Part shown: piece after piece, positions 1 through 8,305 of the stretch
Layout: every line of letters starts with the position of its first letter
Numbering within the stretch: the first letter of the stretch is position 1
From: an uncultured Verrucomicrobiota bacterium
GTDB lineage: Bacteria > Verrucomicrobiota > Kiritimatiellia > RFP12 > UBA1067
Length of the DNA: 57,651 nt
Direction: 5' to 3'
Assembly: GCA_937901395.1 (NCBI GenBank)
Contig: CALCDB010000017.1
Span: 1 to 57,651 of the forward strand
The notes under the pieces: generated by a model
Told to the model about the DNA's origin: nothing
The model's input: the letters and a program-made list of their open reading frames with translations, nothing else
Databases searched by the model: none
Position numbers and translations under genes: made by a program

Positions 1-834
1 CTGCCGGTCATCGATCTCACGACGGCGAAGCTCATCAGCGCGGCGGCGGTGAAGGCGAAGACGGTTGCGAAGGTGCACTTCAAGCTCGACACGGGCATGG
101 GACGGCTGGGTATCCTGGCGAAGGACGCGCTTCAGGTGATGCGCGAGGTGAGAAAGCTGCCGAACCTTGACTGCGAAGGAATCTTCTCGCACTGTCCCAT
201 GGCATATGCGCCCAAGGATCCATTCACCAATCGGCAGATAGCGAGATTCAAGGCGATCGTATCAGAGGCGGCGAAAGAAGGTTTCACCTTCAAGAAGGTG
301 CACATCGCAGCATCGGATGCGATTAATAATTTTCCACTTACGGCGAAGGCGCCATTCACGATGGTGCGTACGGGCATTAATCTGCATGGCTCGTTTGATC
401 CATTGGGACGCAAGGCGCTCAAGGTCGAGCCGGTATTGAGCTTAAAGACGAGAGTGGCGCAAGTGAGGGAGTTGCCTGCGGGCACGACTCTCGGCTATGG
501 GCGTACATGGTGCTTGAACCAGCCGACCAAGGTAGCCACGATTTCGGCGGGTTATGCGGATGGGTTGCCGCTCGCGCTCACGAATCGTGGGTTCGTGTTC
601 ATTGGCGGCAAGAGGTGTCCGATAATCGGCAGAATCTCCATGGACTACACGACCGTAGATGTGTCGGGCGTGAGGAATGTTCGCGCTGGAGACGAAGTAA
701 TATGCTTCGGCAGATGCGGTAACGATACAATCACGCCAGATGATTGGGCGGCCTTAAAGGGCACGCATGCGTATGACATAATCTGCTCGCTTGGCAACCG
801 CGTCGAGCGTGTGGTCAAACAAGGTGGCATTTGA
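1..834 (+). CDS. alr: alanine racemase, C-terminal part (5' end lies upstream of the window)
   Basis: Frame-1 ORF is open from base 1. KLDTGMGRLG, GYGRTW and GRISMDYTTVDV segments match the PLP-dependent alanine racemase family. Confidence 0.85.
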   Translation: MPVIDLTTAKLISAAAVKAKTVAKVHFKLDTGMGRLGILAKDALQVMREVRKLPNLDCEGIFSHCPMAYAPKDPFTNRQIARFKAIVSEAAKEGFTFKKVHIAASDAINNFPLTAKAPFTMVRTGINLHGSFDPLGRKALKVEPVLSLKTRVAQVRELPAGTTLGYGRTWCLNQPTKVATISAGYADGLPLALTNRGFVFIGGKRCPIIGRISMDYTTVDVSGVRNVRAGDEVICFGRCGNDTITPDDWAALKGTHAYDIICSLGNRVERVVKQGGI

Positions 835-840
835 TATAAT
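832..840 (+). promoter_or_regulatory. extended -10 element TGATATAAT (overlaps alr stop)
   Basis: TGATATAAT lies 6 nt before ATG 847, leaving no room for an SD. Predicts a leaderless mRNA. Confidence 0.6.
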
Positions 841-846
841 ACGCGT

Positions 847-3066
847 ATGTATTCTCGCAAGTTTATTATCGTAGTTGCAGTTGCAAGCACCATGATGAAT
901 GCGTTGGCGATGAAGCTTACGCAGAACGATGGAGAGTTTGCGCTTTCCGGCAAGGTATCATCAGCGTTGGCAGGAGTAAAGATTCCTCCAATATTGTGCA
1001 ATGAGACGGCGAAGTTTGATGTTGAGGATTTCGCGCGTCATTGCGAATCGGCTGTCGCCGCGCGGCTGAAGAAGGGAAAGTTGAAGGAGCTGGTAAATGA
1101 TCGGCGCTTCATCGTCAACGTGCTCGCCTTGGATGCGATTCGGACTGCGGGAGCGACAAACCTAAGCGCGCTGGTAGCGAAGGACGCTAAATACGCCACC
1201 TTCATGAAAAGCTTCTTTGCGGATGCAGAATTCCTCACGCTCTACGCTGGCGCAGGTTTGGTTCCTCGCGATACGGGAGTTGGCATTCGGGTAATGGCGG
1301 ATATTTGGTTTCGCGATGGCAAGAGCGCAGATTTCGACAAGCGGCTTGCCGCTGGAATAGGCGCAGCTTGGGGCGCGGGGCCACTAAGCGATACCTTGCA
1401 GCAAGGCGAGTTGTTGCCACACGGCGATGGCAATCGGTGCGATCCGGTATGGCGGTATTTCTTCTTTCGGCAGAGTGAACGCGAAGGGCTCTTGCACCCA
1501 AACTATTCATCGCTGCGGCCATGGGAGATACGCTTTATCGTTGGCAATCGCTGGGATGATGAATCGCTTTGGTGGTTGCAGAAGCGCGTGAATCTACCAT
1601 GGGATCAATATGGTTGGGCGTGTTGGGTAGCGAAGTATACGGGGATGAGCATCTTCGGGGCGACGGTTCAGGGCGCATTGTTTACGGTGCATGCACCGAC
1701 CGCAATGGGAAGCGGTGAAAACACAGTCTTGCACGGTGGAGTATGCGGGGCGTTGAGTCATACGGGTTGTCATGCGGCGGCGGCACATGGCATTCCGGCT
1801 TATACGGCTGGGCAACCTGGGCATTGCGCGTATGGTTTTCGCCTTGAACGCGGAAAGTGGATCGGTGGATTCGGCGGGCCCGATGGTAGCCCCCATAATT
1901 GGATATTCCCGGGAAATGCGCCAGACATGGTGGATTTGATGGAGAGCGCCTTCAAGAATGATACGCGCGTGGATAGGTGCGTAGTGTTGTTGGCAATCGC
2001 GCGGGCGGGATCGGATGAAGCTTGGAAGGAAGTGGTAAAGGCCTGGCCGTATAATTATTATGTGCAACAGGAGTACCTTGGTAAGCTTCGTTCCGAGGGT
2101 AAGGATCTCGCCAAATACGCTACTACATTGCTCAAGCCATACGCGAAGAAGGGCTTTGCCTTGGTTGAGGTATTAAAGCCATTCAACGGCGATATCGTTA
2201 GGCGAATGGACGATGCGAGTAAGGTAAAGTGGTATCTCGCGCTCAACAAGGCGATTGCGTCTTCACCCGCGAGTTGGACGGCCAAGAATCTATCGGAGAT
2301 TCTTGATGGCGAGGCGAAGTCGCTTAACAATGACAATGAGGCAGATTTCGTAAGCGGACTTTTCTCGCTTTACAACGCTGGCAGCAATAACGAGGCGTTC
2401 GGTACTATGCTGGGGTGGACAATCGACAGGTATGTAGGCAACGGGAGAGACGAGGTGTTTACGAAGGCGCTCAGCGGTATTTCGTCGGCACAATCCACCA
2501 AGGGCGGCAAGCCGGTCGATGGAGGGATTTTCTCAAAGGCGATTATTTCGGCGGAGAAGGCGGGCAGCATTACCGCCGTAACTGCGCTTACGCAATTGGC
2601 GAAGAGCAATGGCTTGGGCGGAAGTGGGGATAACGGGAGCAAATTGGAATTGCCTGCGAACGAGAAGTTGGTATCCGACAAGGGAATGCTTTCAATCTCG
2701 TCCACATGTAATTGGGATAAACCAGTTGCGCACTTAGATGTGCTTAGCGACGTTGGCGGGGTATTCCACACTGACAAGGAGACGGGCAACTGGGCGCTCG
2801 TGAAGCTACCGGAAAGCGTAGCGGTTTCATCAATAATACTGGCAAAGAATGCTGGCAATGAATCGCGGACTCGTCATGTGAAGGTTTCGCGCAGCACGGA
2901 TGGAGCCACATTCTTCACGGTGGCGGAAACGAACGATATGGGCAAGGAATGGCGGATTGACGCGAAAGGCGAGATGGCACAGTGGATCAAGGTCGAGCGG
3001 CTTGATAACGAGCCGGATTTCTTCCATCTGCGTAATATCCTTATTTTCACGGGGGTGAATAAATGA
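847..3066 (+). CDS. secreted hypothetical protein with C-terminal F5/8 type C (discoidin)-like domain
   Basis: 739-aa ORF with a signal-like N-terminus (MYSRKFIIVVAVASTMMNALA). The last ~130 aa (WALVKLPESVAVSSIIL..HVKVSRSTDGATF..FFHLRNILIF) look like a discoidin beta-sandwich. The central part is unassigned. Confidence 0.65.
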   Translation: MYSRKFIIVVAVASTMMNALAMKLTQNDGEFALSGKVSSALAGVKIPPILCNETAKFDVEDFARHCESAVAARLKKGKLKELVNDRRFIVNVLALDAIRTAGATNLSALVAKDAKYATFMKSFFADAEFLTLYAGAGLVPRDTGVGIRVMADIWFRDGKSADFDKRLAAGIGAAWGAGPLSDTLQQGELLPHGDGNRCDPVWRYFFFRQSEREGLLHPNYSSLRPWEIRFIVGNRWDDESLWWLQKRVNLPWDQYGWACWVAKYTGMSIFGATVQGALFTVHAPTAMGSGENTVLHGGVCGALSHTGCHAAAAHGIPAYTAGQPGHCAYGFRLERGKWIGGFGGPDGSPHNWIFPGNAPDMVDLMESAFKNDTRVDRCVVLLAIARAGSDEAWKEVVKAWPYNYYVQQEYLGKLRSEGKDLAKYATTLLKPYAKKGFALVEVLKPFNGDIVRRMDDASKVKWYLALNKAIASSPASWTAKNLSEILDGEAKSLNNDNEADFVSGLFSLYNAGSNNEAFGTMLGWTIDRYVGNGRDEVFTKALSGISSAQSTKGGKPVDGGIFSKAIISAEKAGSITAVTALTQLAKSNGLGGSGDNGSKLELPANEKLVSDKGMLSISSTCNWDKPVAHLDVLSDVGGVFHTDKETGNWALVKLPESVAVSSIILAKNAGNESRTRHVKVSRSTDGATFFTVAETNDMGKEWRIDAKGEMAQWIKVERLDNEPDFFHLRNILIFTGVNK

Positions 3067-4256
3067 AGCGTTTCCTGTTGATTGGTTTGATTGGTCTTGC
3101 GGGCATATCGCTTCAGGCGGGCGAGGTTATGGAATATGCGAAGGCGTTGAAGCGCGATAAGCATATTGCCGTATTATGCGTGGGCTCGGATTGGATGGTG
3201 GACGCCAATAAATACAAGAATGAATTTAAGGTTTTGGCCGCACGGGGATCGAGCGAGATTTCGTTTGCGCTTTATGATCGCGCCTCGGGGCTTAATGACG
3301 AGCAAGTGAAGGCATTAGGTAAATTGCCAGTGGAGTTCTTTGATTATCCATGCTTGATATTCATTGATGCGAAGGGGAATCCAATTAGGCAATACGAGGG
3401 GATAACTCTCACCGAATTGCATCAGATGGGGCCTAAGTTGATTGAGCTCGTGAAGCTTTGCCAAACGCGCGATGAAGCGCTTAAGAATGCGCGTACCGCC
3501 AAGGACCCGAAGACGCGTGCGCGATTAATCGGCATGGCGATTGCTCCGTGGATGGACCCGATAATCGATACGTATTCCGAGCGTGCGATTGGCGGGTATC
3601 AAAATGCCGTCAAGTCGTTGGTGGATGAAATGCGCGCCGCGGATCCCGTGGATGCGGAGGGCTGGGCGGAGAAGTATAGCTTTTGCTATATGCCGATAAT
3701 GGAAGGCAAGATTGCCAAGCAAGGCGGAGAAGCCGCGCGAAAGGAGATTGACCGTCTGCTCGGCAAGTCAGCGTTTCGTCCCGTTCAGCGCCAATTGGTA
3801 TATTGCATGCTTTTCAAATATGAGCTTGATCAGGTGAAGAGCGATGACGAGCCATTGGATCGCGCCATTAGAGCGTTACGCACCGGCATTGACATCGCCC
3901 CCTCGACGACAATCGCCGAGGCGATGCGCAACATAATCAATTATTACACGGAGCCAGTGCAGCTTAGAGATATGCGTTGGGTCAGTAGGGATAATCGTCC
4001 ACGCTGGCAAGCGGCGATGAGCGATGTATCCAAGGAGGTGAAAAACAAGGGCACTTATGTAGTCGAGTTTAGGCATCGCACGGGAGGAACGCAGATTCGC
4101 AAGGTGGCTTTCGCCGGCAACAGACCGGGCAAGCAAATCGCGGGAACCCAGAAATGGGAATGCGAATATACGGGCGATACGAAGCCGATAGTTACTTTTG
4201 AACTTAAGGGCTCGGGCTGGTTCTCGGGCACAGGTGAAATAATCATAACTAAATAG
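3063..4256 (+). CDS. secreted thioredoxin-like-fold protein without CxxC, with C-terminal beta-rich domain
   Basis: ATGA stop-start overlap with the upstream gene and a signal-like N-terminus. VLCVGSDWMVD..CLIFIDAKGNPI resembles a thioredoxin-like fold. Same layout as the 28019..29182 protein. Confidence 0.65.
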   Translation: MKRFLLIGLIGLAGISLQAGEVMEYAKALKRDKHIAVLCVGSDWMVDANKYKNEFKVLAARGSSEISFALYDRASGLNDEQVKALGKLPVEFFDYPCLIFIDAKGNPIRQYEGITLTELHQMGPKLIELVKLCQTRDEALKNARTAKDPKTRARLIGMAIAPWMDPIIDTYSERAIGGYQNAVKSLVDEMRAADPVDAEGWAEKYSFCYMPIMEGKIAKQGGEAARKEIDRLLGKSAFRPVQRQLVYCMLFKYELDQVKSDDEPLDRAIRALRTGIDIAPSTTIAEAMRNIINYYTEPVQLRDMRWVSRDNRPRWQAAMSDVSKEVKNKGTYVVEFRHRTGGTQIRKVAFAGNRPGKQIAGTQKWECEYTGDTKPIVTFELKGSGWFSGTGEIIITK

Positions 4257-4263
4257 GAGGAAG

Positions 4264-5049
4264 ATGATCGTGAAGAAGTTAATGCTTGGTATGCTAATGA
4301 TGTTGCCGATGATAGTCGTTGCGGCTACGTCCACGCCCAAGGGGTTTACGGATAATTTGGATGAAGCGCTCAAACGCGCCAAGGATTCCGGTAAGTTCGT
4401 TTACGCGTGTTTCTCGGGCAGTGATTGGTGCGGATGGTGCATTCGCTTGGAAAAGGAAGTATTCGCCGATGAGTCGTTCGTCAAGTCGCTCAAGGATGAT
4501 TACGAATTCGTGTTCATCGATTCGCCTCGTGATCAGTCGCGTCTTTCGGAATATGCGAAGGCGCATAATCGCGAGACCACCAAGAAGTATGGAATTCAGG
4601 GCTTCCCCTCGATGATTATCTTCGATGGCAAGGATGGCTCGATAGTCGCTCAAGATGCCGCCTATCGTCAAGGTGGAGCTCCGGAATATATCAAGTACCT
4701 TAAGGGCATTCGCAAGGATCCTGCGAAAATCAAGCTCGCCAAGCAATTGCGCGAAAAGTGGGTCGGGGCGCTGGAGAAGGAATATGATGTGCTTTTTCGT
4801 GAATTGGATGTCGAGTGCGGCAAGTACATCAACAAGAAACTCAATGAGCCGGGTAATACTCGCACTCGTGAAGAGCTTCGCCAAGATACGCTTTGCGTAG
4901 TCAAGGAGATGCTACCGAAGTTCCGTTCATTGCAAGAGAAGGCTGAGAAGCAGTCGAAGAAGGCGCCGCCGGAGATAAAGCCCGAAGTCGTCGAGTTCGC
5001 TCAAAGCATGGCGGATTGGATAAAGCAAATTGAAGGCATGAAGAAGTGA
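4264..5049 (+). CDS. thioredoxin-fold protein (CGWC active-site motif), exported or membrane-anchored
   Basis: AGGAGG SD upstream and a hydrophobic N-terminus. FSGSDWCGWCIRLEKEVF and GFPSMIIFD are typical of thioredoxin-family (thioredoxin_7-like) proteins. Confidence 0.8.
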   Translation: MIVKKLMLGMLMMLPMIVVAATSTPKGFTDNLDEALKRAKDSGKFVYACFSGSDWCGWCIRLEKEVFADESFVKSLKDDYEFVFIDSPRDQSRLSEYAKAHNRETTKKYGIQGFPSMIIFDGKDGSIVAQDAAYRQGGAPEYIKYLKGIRKDPAKIKLAKQLREKWVGALEKEYDVLFRELDVECGKYINKKLNEPGNTRTREELRQDTLCVVKEMLPKFRSLQEKAEKQSKKAPPEIKPEVVEFAQSMADWIKQIEGMKK

Positions 5050-6254
5050 AGTCATTAAAAGAGTTGTTCCGCATCGGCAAGGGCCCCAGTTCCAGTCATA
5101 CGATGGGGCCGGCCGCCGCAGCTCGTCAATTCTTGCTTGCGCATGGCGAGCTTGACGCGAAGGAGATGCGCTTCGAGGTAACGCTCTATGGATCATTGGC
5201 GGCTACGGGACGCGGACATCTCACGGATAAGGCGATAGTTTCCGAATTGGGCGAGAAGCGCACTTGCGTATTTTGGCGCGCCGATGAGGAGCTGCCGTTG
5301 CACCCCAATGGATTGGTAATTAGCGCGCTTTCGGCGAATGGCGAAAAACTCGCGGAGGAAACGTATTATTCAATTGGCGGTGGTGAAATACTGATTAACG
5401 GCAAGCGCGATGATTCGCCCGAGGTTTACGCATTTAAATCGACCGAACAGATATTGAGGCATTGCGATAAAACCGGTCTCGCGCTTTGGCAGGTCGTGGA
5501 AAATGCGGAAGGGACTGAGATCTGGAAGTATCTTGATAAGGTATGGAAGGTGATGCAGGAGGCGATTGAATCGGGCTTATCGAAGGATGGCGCATTGCCG
5601 GGCGGTCTTCACTTGCCGCGTCAGGCGAGAGCCAATTACCTCAAGGCGCGTTTCCATCGCAAGGACTTGCAACGCACTGGCTTGTTGGTATCGTATGCGC
5701 GGGCGGTGGCGGAGGAGAATGCCTCGCTTGGAACTATCGTTACGGCTCCGACTTGCGGCAGTTGCGGAGTATTGCCCGCCGTGCTTAGGTATCTTAAGGA
5801 TTCTCTCCACGCTTCGAAGACCGAAATATTGCATGCGCTGGCGACTGCCGGACTTTTCGGCAATGTCGTTAAGACAAATGGATCCATCTCCGGGGCGGAG
5901 GTTGGTTGTCAGGGCGAGGTCGGCGTCGCTTGCGCGATGGCTTCCGCCGCCGCCTCCTATCTATTGGGTGGCTCGCCGCGCCAATGCGAAGCGGCGGCGG
6001 AGATCGGACTCGAACATTTTCTCGGGCTTACCTGCGATCCCGTGATGGGGCTTGTGCAAGTTCCATGCATCGAACGCAATGCGCTCGCCGCCAATCGCGC
6101 GATGGTAGCGGGGGAAATGTCCGTTCTTTCGGATGGCTCGCATATCGTCTCGTTCGATGCGGTCATCAAGACGATGGTTGAAACTGGGCATGATCTGCCA
6201 TCGCTATATCGCGAAACGTCTACTGGCGGACTTTCCCGTCACGTGCGGAGATGA
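5046..6254 (+). CDS. sdaA: L-serine dehydratase, iron-sulfur dependent, single-chain
   Basis: The GTG start overlaps the upstream TGA. Signatures are FRIGKGPSSSHTMGP at the N-terminus and APTCGSCGVLPAV / GAEVGCQGEVGVA in the alpha domain. Confidence 0.9.
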   Translation: MKSLKELFRIGKGPSSSHTMGPAAAARQFLLAHGELDAKEMRFEVTLYGSLAATGRGHLTDKAIVSELGEKRTCVFWRADEELPLHPNGLVISALSANGEKLAEETYYSIGGGEILINGKRDDSPEVYAFKSTEQILRHCDKTGLALWQVVENAEGTEIWKYLDKVWKVMQEAIESGLSKDGALPGGLHLPRQARANYLKARFHRKDLQRTGLLVSYARAVAEENASLGTIVTAPTCGSCGVLPAVLRYLKDSLHASKTEILHALATAGLFGNVVKTNGSISGAEVGCQGEVGVACAMASAAASYLLGGSPRQCEAAAEIGLEHFLGLTCDPVMGLVQVPCIERNALAANRAMVAGEMSVLSDGSHIVSFDAVIKTMVETGHDLPSLYRETSTGGLSRHVRR

Positions 6255-6670
6255 AACGCGCCATTGTATCGTTAGGGTCGAACATTGAGCCGCGCCTAAC
6301 GTATCTTGATTGTGCCATCAAGGAGTTGGAGAAGTTGTCGGGCACTCGCCTCGTCGCCGCAAGTTCGGTCATCGAGACCGAACCTGTGGATGTGCCGGAC
6401 GAGTTCCGCAATCTTAAGTTCCTTAATCAAGTGGCCATCTTCGAGACCGATTTGGAAGTGCATGAGTTCGCCCGTCAAATGCACCTTATAGAAGATCGGT
6501 TGGGGAGGGTTAGAACGGTGCGTAATGGACCCCGCACCATCGATATCGACCTTATCGACTTTGACGGCATCGTAATCAACGAACCCGACCTCATCTTGCC
6601 CCATCCGCGCGCAAATCAGCGCGATTTCGTAATGAAGCCACTCGCCGAATTATCCCGTCTTGGTTATTGA
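6251..6670 (+). CDS. folK: 2-amino-4-hydroxy-6-hydroxymethyldihydropteridine diphosphokinase
   Basis: ATGA overlap with sdaA. HPPK motifs present: AIVSLGSNIEPR, ETEPV, GPRTIDIDLI, LILPHPR..RDFVMKPL. Confidence 0.9.
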   Translation: MKRAIVSLGSNIEPRLTYLDCAIKELEKLSGTRLVAASSVIETEPVDVPDEFRNLKFLNQVAIFETDLEVHEFARQMHLIEDRLGRVRTVRNGPRTIDIDLIDFDGIVINEPDLILPHPRANQRDFVMKPLAELSRLGY

Positions 6671-6694
6671 GACATTTTTATTGAAAGTGTCGTA

Positions 6695-6723
6695 TTGACT
6701 TTTGCGACAGAATATCATATAAT
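6695..6723 (+). promoter_or_regulatory. sigma70-type promoter (TTGACT - 17 nt - TATAAT)
   Basis: -35 TTGACT at 6695-6700, a 17-nt spacer, then -10 TATAAT at 6718-6723. An AGGAGG SD and ATG 6764 lie downstream. Confidence 0.6.
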
Positions 6724-6763
6724 GTCACCCTGATGTTCCCATTAGGGAGATTAGGAGGAAAAG

Positions 6764-7966
6764 ATGAGAAAAAGAGCGATATATGCGGTAATTTGTGGCT
6801 TTCTGGCAAGCGATGTTGTTGCGAGCGGGTTTGGTCTATATGAGGCCTCATCCTCGACCTATGCGCTTGGCGGGGCGGTTATTGGCAAGGCGTTTGATGC
6901 ATCGGCGAACTTTTACAATCCAGCGACGTTGAGTGATATTACCAACATTACCATTACGGCTGGTTTCATGAGCGAGCATCCGCGTGGGCGCATTAAGGTG
7001 AATGGCGGGCCTTCCGAGGTAATGAACCCCGGAATGTTTTATCTGCCTCACGTTCACTTCGCCATTCCGTTGCCATGCGATTTCACCTTTGGTTTGGGGG
7101 TGATGCCTGAATATGGGTTGGGCTCGAAGTACGATGACAATTGGTCGTTGGCGTATAATTCATTGGAGACGACGGTTACGAGCTTTACGGTGAACCCGAA
7201 TGTCGCGTGGAAGTGGGGAGATTTTTCCATTGGCGCCGGTCTGAGATTCCTTTACTTTGATTTTGAACAGTATTCTTATCCATCGCCGATTCATAATCGT
7301 CTTAAGGGAGATAATCGGATGGGCGACTTCGGTTATCAGGTGGGTATTAAGTATGATGTTACGGAGAGTTTCGCGCTTGGTTTGGCGTATAAGTCGCAGA
7401 CGATTGTGCGGGTGGATGGCAGCACCGCCAATACCTCCGATATCCCGGCGTTATCCGCGCAGGCGCTCAAGGCGAGCGGAAACGCGTCCACCGAGATTAC
7501 CTTGCCGCAATCGATTGCAGGTGGCTTCAACTGGGATATCACCGACGATTGGCATTTGGGCGGAGTGGTGATGTGGACTCAATGGTCGTCGATTGGCGAT
7601 CTCGACTTCAATCTCAACGGAACTCACAAGCAGGTGCGCTTGCGGTGGAATGATACCTGGCGAGTAGGGCTTGCGCCAAGTTGGGATTTCGCGGAAGATT
7701 GGACGGCGATGTGCTCGTACGTTTACGAGAACGATTGTTGCGGCGATCAGGAGTCGACGATGCTGCCGGCCGCGGATCGTCACATGCTTTCGTTGGGCTT
7801 GTGTTGGAGAGTTTCGGCTAATTTCGACATCGGCATTACGTATGGCATGATTTTGATGGATGGCAAGCTCACGAATGCGCGTAATCCGGCGGGTGCGCTT
7901 GATACGTATCGTGCGTATCGCGGAATCTCGCACGCGGCTGGCATTACCTTCACCTATCGTTTCTGA
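6764..7966 (+). CDS. outer-membrane transport protein, FadL/OmpP1/TodX family
   Basis: Signal peptide, then GFGLYEASS at the mature N-terminus. Amphipathic beta-strand pattern and a C-terminal ..ITFTYRF. Confidence 0.8.
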   Translation: MRKRAIYAVICGFLASDVVASGFGLYEASSSTYALGGAVIGKAFDASANFYNPATLSDITNITITAGFMSEHPRGRIKVNGGPSEVMNPGMFYLPHVHFAIPLPCDFTFGLGVMPEYGLGSKYDDNWSLAYNSLETTVTSFTVNPNVAWKWGDFSIGAGLRFLYFDFEQYSYPSPIHNRLKGDNRMGDFGYQVGIKYDVTESFALGLAYKSQTIVRVDGSTANTSDIPALSAQALKASGNASTEITLPQSIAGGFNWDITDDWHLGGVVMWTQWSSIGDLDFNLNGTHKQVRLRWNDTWRVGLAPSWDFAEDWTAMCSYVYENDCCGDQESTMLPAADRHMLSLGLCWRVSANFDIGITYGMILMDGKLTNARNPAGALDTYRAYRGISHAAGITFTYRF

Positions 7967-7991
7967 TCTCGTCTATCCATCTTCGCTCCTT

Positions 7992-8097
7992 GGAGACACT
8001 TGGCCTTTTTGATACCGACACATTAGGCGGACTATAGGGACACTTTGCCTTTTTGATACCGACATATCGGCCGGACTATAGGGACACTTTGGGTCGG
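7992..8097. repeat. ~44-45-bp head-to-tail tandem repeat, 2.4 copies
   Basis: Copy 1 at 7992-8036: GGAGACACTTGGCCTTTTTGATACCGACACATTAGGCGGACTATA. Copy 2 at 8037-8080: GGGACACTTTGCCTTTTTGATACCGACATATCGGCCGGACTATA. Partial copy 3 at 8081-8097: GGGACACTTTGGGTCGG. Confidence 0.9.
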
Positions 8098-8289
8098 CAA
8101 CCCCGAGAGATTGGCATGAGGGCTCAGAGGGGTTAAGATATTGACAGGATTAACAGGATTTACATGATTGGAGAGGTGAATGTGGAGATATTGACAGATT
8201 GCTTTTTGGTATAGTGATATTGCCAAACCCCAAAGAAGACAATAGAAACTGGTAATTGGGGAAAGTAATTGCGGGAATGGCAGTTAAAA

Positions 8290-8298
8290 TGATATAAT
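8290..8298 (+). promoter_or_regulatory. extended -10 element TGATATAAT
   Basis: Lies 7 nt before ATG 8306, with no SD. Confidence 0.55.
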
Positions 8299-8305
8299 AT
8301 ACACG

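Noticed and set aside
6671-6691. Hairpin GACATTTT-TATTG-AAAGTGTC after folK, and a 6-bp hairpin at 39964-39980, as intrinsic terminators
   Set aside because: The stems are short, AT-rich and include a G-T pair. Neither is followed by a U-tract. I found no convincing rho-independent terminator anywhere in the window.
7992-8097. Possible CRISPR array at the island 1 edge
   Set aside because: The ~44-bp units are directly head-to-tail without unique spacers. There are only 2.4 copies and no cas genes in the window.
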